Assembly: GCA_964188305.1 (NCBI GenBank)
Contig: OZ076897.1
Source of the DNA: Podarcis bocagei
Taxonomy: Eukaryota
Direction: 5' to 3' (one strand)
Length of the DNA stretch: 64,000 nt
This document shows, piece after piece, positions 26,001-36,170 of the stretch. The first letter of the stretch is position 1. Each line of letters starts with the position of its first letter. The translations under genes were made by a program, and so were the position numbers. Below the pieces are notes generated by a model, which was given only the letters and a program-made list of their open reading frames with translations, had not been told where the DNA came from and ran no database searches.

Positions 26001-26205
26001 CGTCGATTCGGGGCATGGGGAAGTCCGATGGCTTGGTCACACTGTTTAAGATGCGATAGTCCACCACAAGTCTTTTTTGGGGCATGTCCCGCTTCTTAAC
26101 AAAGAATACAGGACTGCCCCCCGCTGCCTTGGACTCCCGGATGAAACCGCGCTCCAAATTATGATCTATGAACTCTTTGAGTTCCTGCAGTTCGTCCTCA
26201 GACAT
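22942..26205 (-). CDS. pol: Pol: reverse transcriptase, RNase H, integrase, degenerate chromodomain and acidic C-terminal extension (1087 aa ORF)
   Basis: RT: RLVVDYR, KLDLRGAY, MPFGL, FLDDILI. RNase H: ETDASD, RELLAI, TDHKNL, ADAL. IN: HDAPTAGH...CDTC, LDFV/SDRG/AER catalytic triad, GPY motif. Chromo-like EILDSR...EYLL...NSWVP. Confidence 0.97.
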   Translation of the reverse strand: MSEDELQELKEFIDHNLERGFIRESKAAGGSPVFFVKKRDMPQKRLVVDYRILNSVTKPSDFPMPRIDDLLAKVRKGSVFTKLDLRGAYNLIRMREGDEWKTAMFTPLGTYEYRVMPFGLQNGSHVFQAFMHHVLAGLLYKTCVCFLDDILIFSESQQEHDRHVKEVLRRLQRHRLYAKLEKCQFDVTEVDFLGYKLSDKGLAMDSAKVRAVLDWKSPRNRKEVQRFVGFANFYRKFIRGFAMQTAAITDTLSSKKKKFIWTEQAEQSFQALKRLFASEEQLLHVDPSRPMRVETDASDRAVGAVLLQKDPQGVWRPGAFYSRKLSKSEQNYTIWDRELLAIHAAFKAWRHFLIGAKHTVQVCTDHKNLEHWRTAQFLNQRQIRWAEFFANFNFRIEYVPGDANIMADALFRKPQYLEDAKPAAAMHIFAPTVWACAAATVDLEAVRRALQDDSFAQAKMAEVHRGTAATDEFQLRDGLLIRKGAIYVPGDELRAKVLQQLHDAPTAGHFGKEKTVELVARDFWWPGMRGEVADYVARCDTCQRAKPVHKPPAGLLEPLQTPVEPWERVALDFVTDLPSSRGKTAVLVVVDLFSKMAHFIPCAKVATAEQTAKLFIDHVFKVHGLPRSILSDRGRQFISNFWQKLMGFLNVKINLASARHPQTNGQAERVNAIMQQYLRCYANQQPATWVDYLPLAEFAYNNTKHVSTGVTPFFANNGRHPRTFPGLERMGEGEPQTADAFASELQEVHDQLRRHLELAKHAYKVQADKHRRVGEEIHVGDWVWLAAHAVPARSLAKKKLGHKQLGPYQVEEQVNPVAFRLALPEGSRMHPVFHRSVLTPYKAPHRFQEPGTAPSPLREGTGHAGVALEERINEVTEILDSRWGEEGVEYLLAKEGTPASANSWVPGYALDEPLLKDEFHALFPHRPMPADFFDDWLFTPTLSASTFRGFDSDEDPIRDTRSPEGSPSGSASEPSYWWDDRPEEQWRRKWQEGPGRATPPGGSEGETDMDVFGDDPGFEHGGTEMEAEVTVVDESREAEPGDFRWRPATGSELYPTFVPLTQQLPVPALEGGEGERGASRGGWMSGV
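22956..22969 (-). other. Polypurine tract
   Basis: GAGGGGGGGATGGA immediately 5' of the 3' LTR TGTCAG. Confidence 0.9.
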
Positions 26206-26411
26206 GGAATACAGCTTCCCTTTAGGCAGTGCCGCCCCCGGCAGCAGGTCAATTTTGCAGTCATATGGTCTGTGGGGGGTAGCTTGTCTGCCTCCTTCTC
26301 GCAGAAAACCTCCAAAAATTCTGCGTACTTGTGGGGAATCGCTTGCAGCGTGCCTAGCAGCAGCTGTGACTCTGCCTTTCTGAGTTCCTCTATCTGCTGC
26401 TCAGCCGTCAT
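26206..26411 (-). pseudogene. Gag N-terminal remnant fused to the protease-RT linker, with a 1-bp frameshift in a C run
   Basis: MTAEQQIEELRKAESQL is followed directly by IPHKYAEFLEVFCEKEADKLPP(H)RPYDCKIDLLPG, the typical sushi-group pre-RT linker. Six instead of seven C at 26274-26279 breaks the frame. No capsid, CCHC knuckle or DSG protease motif. Confidence 0.8.
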
Positions 26412-26490
26412 GTTGTCTGCCGTTCGTGAGCTAGCTAGTAGGCACCTGCTTCTCTCCTCTCCTCGAGGCTGTAGATGCCCACAATTTGCT

Positions 26491-26502
26491 GACGGAGCTT
26501 AC
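26491..26502 (-). promoter_or_regulatory. Non-tRNA (self-priming type) primer-binding site
   Basis: GTAAGCTCCGTC follows the 5' LTR with no TGG tRNA-type PBS; 10 nt are perfectly complementary to GACGGAGCTT at 26648-26639 in the LTR. Confidence 0.8.
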
Positions 26503-27258
26503 TGTCAGAGTTGCTTCAAGATCCTAGCTCACAGAGGATCACGCTAGCCAGCGGTCATTAAGTAAAAGTCTTTATTGAGTTACAGTTTCCATTCCCAAGC
26601 TGCTGCGTGCAACTCTACGTCTACTGGCTAGATCGGCGAAGCTCCGTCTGAGTCTCCGCCCCTTGTGCACCAACTTAATATCCTAGCCCTGCTCCACCTT
26701 TTCCGCCTGACTGTTCTCCTCTGGGTCCCTCTGCCCCCCGGGGTCTCTTCCTTCCGGGATTCTTCTGACGCCGACCCCCCGGAACTCCCTGTCTCCTTGC
26801 GCCGGGCTTTAGGACCTGGCTCCCTTTCCTGGCTGCCTACTGCGTCACTTTCCTGTGCATTTGAACTTGGCGCGCGCGCCCAACCTTCCACTTTCCGTTT
26901 GACCGTTTCTTCGCTCCCCGATGGAGGTGTGGCCACTCCTGACTCGTGCCCTCCCCCCTGTTGCGAGCTGCCAGCGCTTGATCTCTGGCGCTCTTCCTCT
27001 TCCCTGCTCTCTGGCTGTGACGCTGGTCCCGATTTCCAACTGCTCTCCTCTGAGTCCCCTCTGGCTCTATCTTCCTGGGGTGTCCCCCTAGGCTCCCCCC
27101 TTGCCCTGGCCACTGGTGCTCCTTTCTGTGAATCTTCTGATTCACTGGAAAGACTCGGAGATCTCGGGTCGTCGTCATCACTCATCTTTTCTTCTGCCTC
27201 CTCCCCCTCGCTCTCTGTTTCCTCCCTTGCCCTTGCCTCTGCTCCTGAACCCCTGACA
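26503..27258 (-). repeat. 5' LTR (756 bp)
   Basis: TG...CA termini. On the minus strand, TATTAA at 26680-26675 and AATAAA at 26576-26571. Differs from the 3' LTR at 26666, 26865, 26899 and 27247. Confidence 0.97.
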
Positions 27259-27737
27259 ACATGCCTTTGATCGCGTTGCATTAATCTGCTGTTCCTCGCT
27301 CTCTGTCTTGTTTCAGTTACAAAGGTGCCTCCTCTGGAGACATCATTGTCTTGCCCTGCTAATGGCATGTTTGGATTTTCTTCACAATTGCTTACCGGAG
27401 ACGTAACAGGGCTTTGCCTAGTAAGAAATCAAGAGCATTTGAAAGAAATTTCTGGTAACCAAACCTTGAATGTTGTTTCTGCAGCAGGAGCCAGAAAGAA
27501 ACTGCACAAAAGATTTATACTCCTTACTAGTATTCCAATGCAAACATTGCTTGTTTTCAAAGGCCAATAAACGTTTAAGGGAAGAGGGTATTTTCTGCGA
27601 CTGTCAACAGGACTTGAGATAATAGACTGAATCTAGGATTTGGCCTTGCCTTTGCCTAAAAAAATGGACTATGTTCCCTAAAACTTTGAGTTAAGTCACA
27701 AAACAGTCTCCAGATGAAGTAGTGGAAGCCTCTATTT

Positions 27738-28189
27738 CAGCGGCGTAGCGTGAGTTGTCAGCACCCGGGGCAACGCAAGTAATTTGCGCCCCCTAACCCG
27801 GGGCAAGGCAAGTAATTTGCGCCCCCCCTAACCCCTAACCTGTGAGTTGCCGCTGGCGCTGCCGCCCAAACGACGCCGCTTGCCCGAGGAGGAGGGGGGC
27901 AGAGAGGCGAGGAAAATGCAACGGCCCAGCAGCTGCATCAGCACCGGCGGAGGCGGGGTTGTGAGGAGGGGCTGCCTGGCGCGTCCTCCGTGGCGAGCGC
28001 TGAGAGCCGCTGCCTGCCGGGCGCCTTCAGCCCGGACGCGCGCACAGCTCGTCGGTTCCGCGAGACATGCGGCTCCGCTACAGCCTGCGCCCGAGGCTCT
28101 TCGGCGACTCCGGAGGCAGCGAGCGCGCCCCCCCAGATGTTGCGCCCGGTGCGCCCGGCACCCCTGGCACCCCCCACACTACGCCACTG
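27738..28189. mobile_element. hAT-type MITE, GC/CpG-rich
   Basis: TIR CAGYGGCGTAG; perfect 8-bp TSD CTCTATTT. Confidence 0.92.
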
Positions 28190-31100
28190 CTCTATTTTAT
28201 TACTACAATTTGAAACTGAAACGTACCCAATAATTCAGGGGGGTTTTGCTATCCAAAGACGTCTCTGAAACACCTTTATTTAGAAGTAACTTATTTCAGT
28301 TAGGGAAGGTATAATATTTTCTCCCTTTATGTCGCTAATCTTCTTCAAACCATTTCAGCTTCCATCAAATTTCCATGGACAAATTAGTTTTCAGCACCAT
28401 GACTGAAGAGTTTTTCTCTTCCCACTCCAGCACCCCTCAGTTTACTTCAAAATATGCTTTGGTTGAAAGGTTAGCATAGACTCTCATTTCAGTGAAATTT
28501 CTTTCCAACTTAATACGGTACTTTAGCTGCACAGTCTAAAGAACTTCACAATGGGGTTTTAAATAACTGATTTCTCCACCTCTCCCAGAACTCTAAGAGA
28601 ACTCACAGCTGAGGAAAGATGTCTGAGGCACAGTTGCCTAAAGTCGAGAACACAATGTTACTTTGTGAAGACAATAAATGGTTCTTCTGGGGCTGCTTAA
28701 ATAACAAACAAAGCTACAGTGTTCTTCATACGTCAGGTGATTGATAACGTTCTCTTGCTCTCCTAAAAGTTGTATGTATGTATTTTCTTGAAGGAAGGCA
28801 AAGGGGATGTGGTATAATATAAATGTTTTTCCTGGAATGGGCTTCAGATGACTGCATAGCAAATCAACGAAGAAACCCCAGGTGGCCAGTACTGTGGAAG
28901 ACCCCTTCCATTTCCACTGAGGGTTGTGTATTCTATAAGAAAGCTAATTAAAATATTTAAGAGGCTGGGGTAATTATTAGTCATTGTAGCACTTTTGTCT
29001 ATTAGTCCAGACACACTGAAGTACCATAAACCTCACTGTACTTAAGGAGATAAGAACAACAGCTAGACTGTTGTTTTAAATTTTAAAAGACCTTTTGAAT
29101 GATTTGCAGTCCAATCCTCAACATGTTTACCCAGACCAAAGTCCCACTGAGTTCAGGGGGATTTGCTTCCTGCTAAATATGCTTAGGGACTGCAACCCTC
29201 ATCTAATTCTTTTTTAATGCTCACAAGAGCATCATGGTTTTCACATTGTATATTTTAAGGATGGCTCACTGCAGCGCCTATCCCATTGGAAGTCCAGGCT
29301 AACCAAAAATATATCTCGTCACATCCTAATACGTAGGGATATGTGACAAGGCACAGGGAGCAAGTTGTGTGTTTGCTGCATGTGTGCTTGTGCTTCCTAG
29401 TGCATTTTGCTAAGTATAATTATTATTTGACACTGAAATGGTGAATGGCTATGTGCATTAATGAAGGCTTTAACATGGGGATTTTCCATGGGGCTATATT
29501 CAGGCCAAGGATGGGCTCTCTGAGCTTTAACTAAGTGGATAATTAACTGTTGTCATTCTCTAGTAGCTAACACTTGAGTGTTAAACTTTAGATCACATGG
29601 AAGGCTACTGAATTCAAAATCACCATCTTGGAAGGGTGTCTTTGTTCCTAGACTTTGTGGAAGAAGGATGTAAGTGAATCTCTACAGGTAAGCAGCCTGA
29701 TGCAGGCTGGAATGCAGACCTTTGCTTCTAGGAACTGTTTGGAATTATTTCATATTTTGTAAGATGCTGAGCCTGTGCATTTTACTGGTGTATGTCTTAT
29801 GGAACTGTTTGGATGTATCATTTGATGTTTTAATTTTGTTATGAAGAAAGTTCTGCAAGTAAAGTTTTGAATAATATTTAATTGGTCTGGGCAATGTTTC
29901 ATTTCCAGAAGGAATCAGATTTTATGCATCCAGACACTTCAAACTGTGCAATATTAATATCTGCAATACATATACTGTCAGCACATATATGAACGGTTTT
30001 ATGGTAAGTGATACAGCAGAGAAACACCTCTAGATGATCACAGGGCAACTCTGTGTAGGGGCTACTCTTTAGCTACATAGGACAGAAAATGGGCCCTTTC
30101 TTTCCCAGTGCATGTTTTTGTAGGCCACAGAAGTAGCAGGGAATAGGGAAACAATAAAAGTTTCATAAAGAAACAAAGGAAAGCGAGAGGCCAGGACATG
30201 AAGATGAGCATGAATAGGGAAGAAGCAGTAGCCCATTGGTCCCAGGCTCCTGTGCTGATCTAAACATCATAGCCCCTAAGTAGAGTGTCAAAAACTATCT
30301 CCATGTGGTGCATTCTCCAGAAGATGTCATTTAACCACATTCCACCTTGACATTGTGTTGGGCATTTTCCACACCTTTATCACACATCCATAGGACTGGC
30401 ATGGTGATTTTAAACCACAGATCTTCAGCAAGTAGAGGTATACACCACAGCCCACAATATCAAATGGAAGCATTTGGAACAGCTTCCATGTAGAGGCCAC
30501 AAGACGAAGATTGGTGTAGCTGGTGGGACCAGGTTGCTGAGGGAATTGGGGTGGTGGAGGTGGTGGATGGAACAGGCAAAAAGGCTGGGAGGATACACAT
30601 AGGTAGCTATGTGTGAATGGGTTCAAGCTTCACTGGGTAGCAGAAGGCAGAGGATTACTACTTGCACTGCTAAACACAGGAGCCACCAAGATCAAATGTG
30701 TGTGTGTGTGATTGCACCAATCTCCTATTTTCACAAGGTTGCTCAAAGCCTTGTGTTTCAGGATATCAGAAAGCCAAGCCCAGCACTCATTGTTTACGAG
30801 CCCCATAAATAAAAGTGTAGTGAACCCATAGATCTAGCACCTGGAAAAACCAGCTCTCTGTCATTTTTTCCCAAGGCTTTGAAAAGTTGGATGGAAAGTT
30901 CTACCAGCTCAATCAGATGCAAATGTATGATCAAGCTTTGATCAGCACAGACGTCAAAATAATGCTCAGAATAAATGTAACTTGGATTGCATGTAAAGAA
31001 TGTGGCATCATAAAGCTTGGCTTGCTTCACCCAATATCCATCATATCATTATTTTACTGCCAATACATTTCTTATGGGAACTGAGTATGACCTTTATGAC

Positions 31101-31950
31101 AGCCTGATGATTGACTTAAGAGAGAATCAGAATATTTTCAGTTCACAGCGTTTATCCGGTGATGAGAACAACGCTCCTAGATTGTTTGAGGTTGTCCAAT
31201 TTTTCGGTGGATTCTAAGTGGAAACACAATCCTTCTTCTATCTCTGTCTGAATAATCACAGTCCTCTCTTTAGCGTCTGTCAAATCTAACCTAGTCTGGT
31301 TGAATTTAGGCAGCAGCACCATGAACTGCAGTAACAGTTTACTTATAGTTATTTATCCCAAACAATAAAATGAATGACTTATACAAAATGTAACACTCCT
31401 GGAGGGAAAACATTATACAAAGGAGTTGCATTCATAGAAGCCAATGCACCACACTTTTAGATGCAATAAGACCTGTGCCAGCAGTTGGTACTTCCTGGAA
31501 GCTGGGGGAGAGACTGATCGCCACTGACCTCCTCAACATTTGCCTTTCATTGCTGCCAACCTTCTCTGGAGCCAGGATATGGGAGTCAGCTGTATGTCAT
31601 CCAGTCTGGTGAGAGGACCCCTCCCCTCTGAACAATATTTAAGCCAGACTCAATAGAAGACAGAAAAACCAATACCAGACACTTGATTGTCAAACCTTCC
31701 ATTTGCTTTGTATATATGCACTTAAATACTTTGTACTTATGTACTTAAATATTTATGTACTACTTTAAATATATATATATAACTGAATTTATTCTGTGCT
31801 TGTTAAATTTTTGGTTTTTGTCATTTTTGAATTTAACTGCATGCTCTGCGTTTTTCATAAATTTGTATTTTGATGTTTTGAATGTTTGCAGCACAACTCA
31901 TTGTGGAAAAAAGGCACATAAACCTTAATCAATCAATCAGTTTGTTATCT

Positions 31951-32242
31951 GCTATGGTCTAAACCACAGAGCCTAGGGCTTGCTGATCAGAAGGTTGGAG
32001 CTTCCGTTGCTCGGTCCCAGCTCCTGCCAACCTAGCAGTTTGAAAGCACATTAAAGTGCAAGTAGATAAATAGGTACCGCTCCGGCAGGAAGGTAAACGG
32101 TGTTTCCGTGCGCTGCTCTGGTTTGCCATGCTGGCCACATGCTGTACGCCGGCTCCCTCGGCCAGTAAAGCAAGATGAGTGCCGCAATCCCAGAGTCATC
32201 CGCGAATGGACCTAACGGCCAGGGGTCCCTTTACCTTTACCT
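31951..32242 (+). mobile_element. Sauria SINE (Squam1), lacertid-type, partly deleted
   Basis: cccagctcctgccaacctagcagtt, gtagataaataggtaccgc, and (ACCTTT)n tail. Confidence 0.92.
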
Positions 32243-32871
32243 AAAGATTATTTCCTTCCTATAGTCACCCACTATAGACATTTTGCTAATCTAACTGGCT
32301 CACAGCAACTGGGTTAAGTGTTTGGGGGTTCTATAGAAGGAAACCCCAATCCAACAGCATCTCGATCTAGCAATAAATTAGAGGCCTGCTGGTTCCTCAG
32401 TCTTACATCAGGAAAGGCTCAGCTCCATCATTTAAAATGGCTGCATTTAGATGATACATCCTGGCCAAGGTATCAATGAGCCCTCATACACCCCACATGC
32501 AGCTGCTTTGCTCTTCCCTTCATGTGAACTGGGAGACAAGTCAGAAAGCACTGAAGTACAATTTCCCATTGTGATTAAACTGGTGGGGGACTATGGTTAA
32601 TGGCTCCAAACAAGCCAAGGGTAGCCAGCTTTAAACCATGGGTTCATATCACATCTTGTTTTGAAACAATTCACCATAATTTTCCATTTTTGACATAACA
32701 AAAAGCTACAGTTACACAATACATGTAAAGCATGTTACTTTCCCCAAAATATTCATGGGAGTTGTAGTTCATTAAAGGGTGCTGGGAATTATAATTTTGA
32801 GGAAGATTCACATTTTAAATTTGTGGTGTGTATGCACTTGTTCACTCACTTGTGCAAAGGAAAGAGGGAAG

Positions 32872-32877
32872 TTGTTG

Positions 32878-32930
<53 letters not shown>
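32872..32930. repeat. (GTT)n(ATT)n microsatellite
   Basis: Seen directly. Confidence 0.97.
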
Positions 32931-32932
<2 letters not shown>

Positions 32933-33251
32933 AACCTATGTCCCCCCAAATTATTTTATGCTGAAAATTTGTGGTGCCCCCACAAATAAGATGTGTATGC
33001 CTCAGAGTTCAAATGGAAGCTATACATCATGGATGGAGTCACAAAAGGGGGAAAATAACTTAATCTGTCATTTTTTGTATGTGGATATTATGATCCACTA
33101 TGAGTCCATAGTTTATTTATTTTTTATCATATAGCACAAGGGATATTTACAGGGCTAGCTGCTTGGTGCTTACAGAAGGAATAGAAATACACGCTAATAA
33201 TATTGCATCTCTTAACATCAAACCTATCTGGGTGGCCATGTTTTTGATTAC

Positions 33252-33385
33252 CTCACACTTGTTTAGCAAGCCACTTTCTTGCAGCCTCGACCAGATGCTT
33301 TGTATTCTTCCAGCGTGCTCAGGGTGGTTGCTGTAATTTCCACACATGCACTGGTGCTTCAACATTAGCGTGTCGTATGCAACAC
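33252..33385 (-). CDS. HDAC9: HDAC9 coding exon, start of the deacetylase domain
   Basis: (G)[44 protein letters not shown]; 134 bp; AG acceptor, GTAATC donor. The LLNKCE ending is HDAC9-type rather than HDAC4/5/7-type. Confidence 0.96.
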
Positions 33386-33427
33386 CTTCAGCATAAAGAC
33401 AATATAACAAGAAATGATAAGTACATT

Positions 33428-33830
33428 CTCAAGGACCGCCTCTCCCTATATGAACCGACCCAGACTCTCTGTTCCTTTTCTGAGGCCCTTCTTCATGTGC
33501 CACCTCCATGAGAGGTCCAGAGGCTGGCAATGAGAGAGCAGGCCTTTTCTGCAGTGGCTCCCAGTTTGTGGAGTGCTCTTCCGAGAGAGGTTCGTTTGGC
33601 GCCTTCATGATATCTTTTTAGGTGCCAGCGAAAACATTCCTCTTCAGCCAGGCCTTGGACTGATTAACGTTCTATAGCCTTTTAAATTTATTTGTGGGAA
33701 GGGGGTGTTATTATTTTGGTTTTAACTATTTATTTGTGCATTTACCTTGCATTTTTATCTTGTGGACTGCCCTGAGATTTTATGATGAACAGAAGTATAT
33801 AAAAACACACAACAAACAAACAAACAAATG
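33428..33830 (+). mobile_element. L2 LINE 3' fragment
   Basis: Degenerate ORF2 end (RAFSAVAPSLWSALP-like), then T-rich UTR and (AAAC)n tail. Confidence 0.75.
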
Positions 33831-34199
33831 CCTAACCATTTGCCTTCTCAGTAAGCAACAGAGGGCCAACTACATGTGGCAAAGAAGTTTCACAAACCTT
33901 TCCCAGTCTCTTAGGGTGCAATTCAATCATTCTGAGGACTCTCCCGACCTAACTCTGGTTTCTCTTCAGATCGTATAAATCTTTTGCCTCAAAGGATCGT
34001 TAATTCTGTTTGAATCCAGTAAAAATAAGATAGAAAATGCTGCATTTTTTGGCCTTTGTCAGAAACGTTCAGCTCAGACTGTTTGACAGTAATATATTTG
34101 CCCTTCTAACTGCTTCGTGTCTGATGAAGAGTTTCTTGGTTTCAAAAAAATGAAATCTGAATGGGTTCCCCCCCCTTTCCTTCTTCATTCACTTCAAAC

Positions 34200-34700
34200 A
34201 TCTAAATTGATTTAGGATGTGCAAATAATTCACTTCTGCAGCTGCGGGTCACGCAGCACGTGTGCTACAGTACCACAACACAGCAACAGAGTTGCCTTCT
34301 AAAAATAGACAGTAGGATTCCCTAACACAATCCAGCCAAGGCTACAGCTCCCACCCCCAAAGTAAAGAGAGAAGAGACAAATGTTTTCAATTGCTAGCTG
34401 CTGCGGAATGTTAGTGGGAGATAATTATTCAGCCTGGAATGTTGTCTTCATTGAAGCCAGTGGCAAAATTCCCCACTGAAATCAGAAGATCCAATATTTT
34501 CACTTGCTCTTTTCCTCTTTCTGCAAAACCCTGCTCCTGCTTTGAGTCAGATGCTCATCTAATTGCAGTCCTGTAAATCACGAACTTGCCTCCGCAGATG
34601 TCAGGGTGGAAATTGACCTCCAGAGAGAGAAATACATGTATTTCAAATGCATCACTTTTTATTATCCTTAAGGCTCGCAGTGGGTGACAACCTTTATGTA
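34200..34700. promoter_or_regulatory. Candidate intronic enhancer
   Basis: Dense cluster of TGAGTCA, CAGATG, TAATTG, GTAAATCA (Pbx-Hox) and a second CAGATG within 34543-34600. Confidence 0.35.
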
Positions 34701-34844
34701 CGTTCACTGAACGGGGCGATGAAATATAGAGTAGGGAAGGATCCCAAACTTCTCCCTTGCCTGCCCAAGTGAAAAGCTGGGCATCAGTCTCAGAAAGCGG
34801 TCAGACTATCTGCTGTGAAATGGGTGCCATGAAGAGGCAGCAGA

Positions 34845-35605
34845 GGGGCTGTAGCTCATCCGGAACGTCCTGGGTTTAGTCCCCAGCATCTCGAGGTAGG
34901 GCTGGGAGAGACTTGTGGGAATGTTCAGGGAGGCAGGAGAGGATATCTTGTTTCTAAATATCCTTCCTAACTTGCGCTAGCAAGTTCTATGCCCTTAGCA
35001 GAGTTTTAACATTATCCTTTAAACGCACAGCGGGTAGCTGATTGCAAGTTTGTTTAAGCTTCTCAATATAGATTCCTGGTAAGATTCCCTCTTAAAAGAA
35101 TAAACACGCCACAATCTTATTTAAGATATATAAAAGTAGTTTACTCACATCATCAGTTCACAGCTGGATCCCTGAAGGCAGACTTAGTTACAGATATATA
35201 TACATGTGGATCTACCCCATATGGAGGGTTAATCCCAGTGACTGCAGACTGGCAGTCACTGCAGCTCACACGACGAAAGGAAGATAGAGAAGAAGGGCGC
35301 AGGGCTGCGGGCCTTGTGCTTTTGTTACCTGAACAGGTAAGGCCACGCCCACCTCTAGTCACATGCAAGAGGAAGTATGTCCCAGCCCAGGAGGAAACAG
35401 GAAGTTTTTGACTGGCTGGTCCCAACATCCCCTTGCATGTCCACTCTAGGAAAGCAAGGAATGTTGTACTTGACTGCTACTTATGTATCACATCCCACAA
35501 TACTCCAGTCTGAAACCCTGGAGATCCACAGCCAATCAGTGTAGGCAATACTGAGCTAGATGGCCAATGGTCTGACTCAGTATAGGTCTGTTTCCTCTGC
35601 TCCTA
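34845..35605 (+). mobile_element. Degenerate tRNA-head SINE interrupted by the LTR
   Basis: GGGGCTGTAGCTCA A-box-like head; ...gtagggctgggagagact|ccagtctgaaaccctggag...gagctagatggccaatggtctgactcagtata tail. Confidence 0.6.
34914..35499. mobile_element. Solo LTR nested in a tRNA-derived SINE
   Basis: TGTGGGA...TCCCACA termini; TSD AGACT/ATACT; flanks rejoin as one SINE. Confidence 0.8.
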
Positions 35606-36170
35606 GCTACTCAGTGTATTACTGTTGCATTTTTACTACTGAGGTATGGGAGAGGTGCTTGCAGAATTTTCTTTTTCAGTTACCAAAATAATTTGACTTG
35701 CCTTGGGTACTGCTCACCTTGACTTGTGGCATCATGGTGACCCAGAAGTGGCCAGAAAAGGGGGTGGAATGGGCTTATGTGTGCTCCATCATTCACTTGC
35801 GATGACCCGGAATGGAAATCAAGGGTTGCCTGTATATAAAGCCCTTAACAGCTTGCGACCGGTTCACGTAAGGCCTTGGCCCCATACCTGCCAATTCAAT
35901 CACTTTGATCTGTGAAACTTGCACGTCTAGTACTGTCACACAAAGTTCTTTAGTGTGGCAGCATTTGTGCTTCAGAACTCCCGGTGACCCTCACTGAACT
36001 CTTTCATATGCCCACCAAAAGCCCCACTGCTTCGACAGCCCTGTCTAGAGCACACCTATCTGTTTTTAATGCGTTGTTTTTAGGTGCTTCTAACAATTTC
36101 TAATTGCTCACAATATGCTTTTGCCTCATTTTTAATTGTATTTTTTAAACAACAGACGTGTTTGCCACCC

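Larger units (their letters stand above)
22200..27258 (-). mobile_element. Ty3/Gypsy chromovirus-type (Tf1/sushi group) LTR retrotransposon, young, gag/protease deleted
   Basis: Two 756-bp direct repeats with TGTCAG...CTGACA termini. Perfect 5-bp TSD ACATG (22195-22199 and 27259-27263). PPT present; domain order RT-RH-IN-chromodomain; GC- and CpG-rich relative to flanks. Confidence 0.98.

Noticed and set aside
26274-26279. Programmed -1 frameshift between the gag remnant and pol
   Set aside because: It falls inside the conserved LPPHRPY linker rather than at a gag-pol boundary, and a one-base loss in a homopolymer is a simpler explanation.
22942-26411. Domesticated sushi-derived gene (PEG10/RTL1-like)
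   Set aside because: Near-identical LTRs and an intact TSD show a recent transposon insertion, not an old domesticated gene.
26628-27368. 246-aa ORF starting in host DNA and running through the 5' LTR
   Set aside because: The first ~37 codons are flanking intron and open by chance; only the LTR part duplicates the U3 ORF.
27738-28189. CpG-island promoter (also 21533-21768 and 55898-56249)
   Set aside because: Bounded by TIRs and 8-bp TSDs; these are young hAT MITEs.
33252-33385. Assignment to HDAC4, HDAC5 or HDAC7
   Set aside because: [27 protein letters not shown] and LPCGGLG are HDAC9-type residues.
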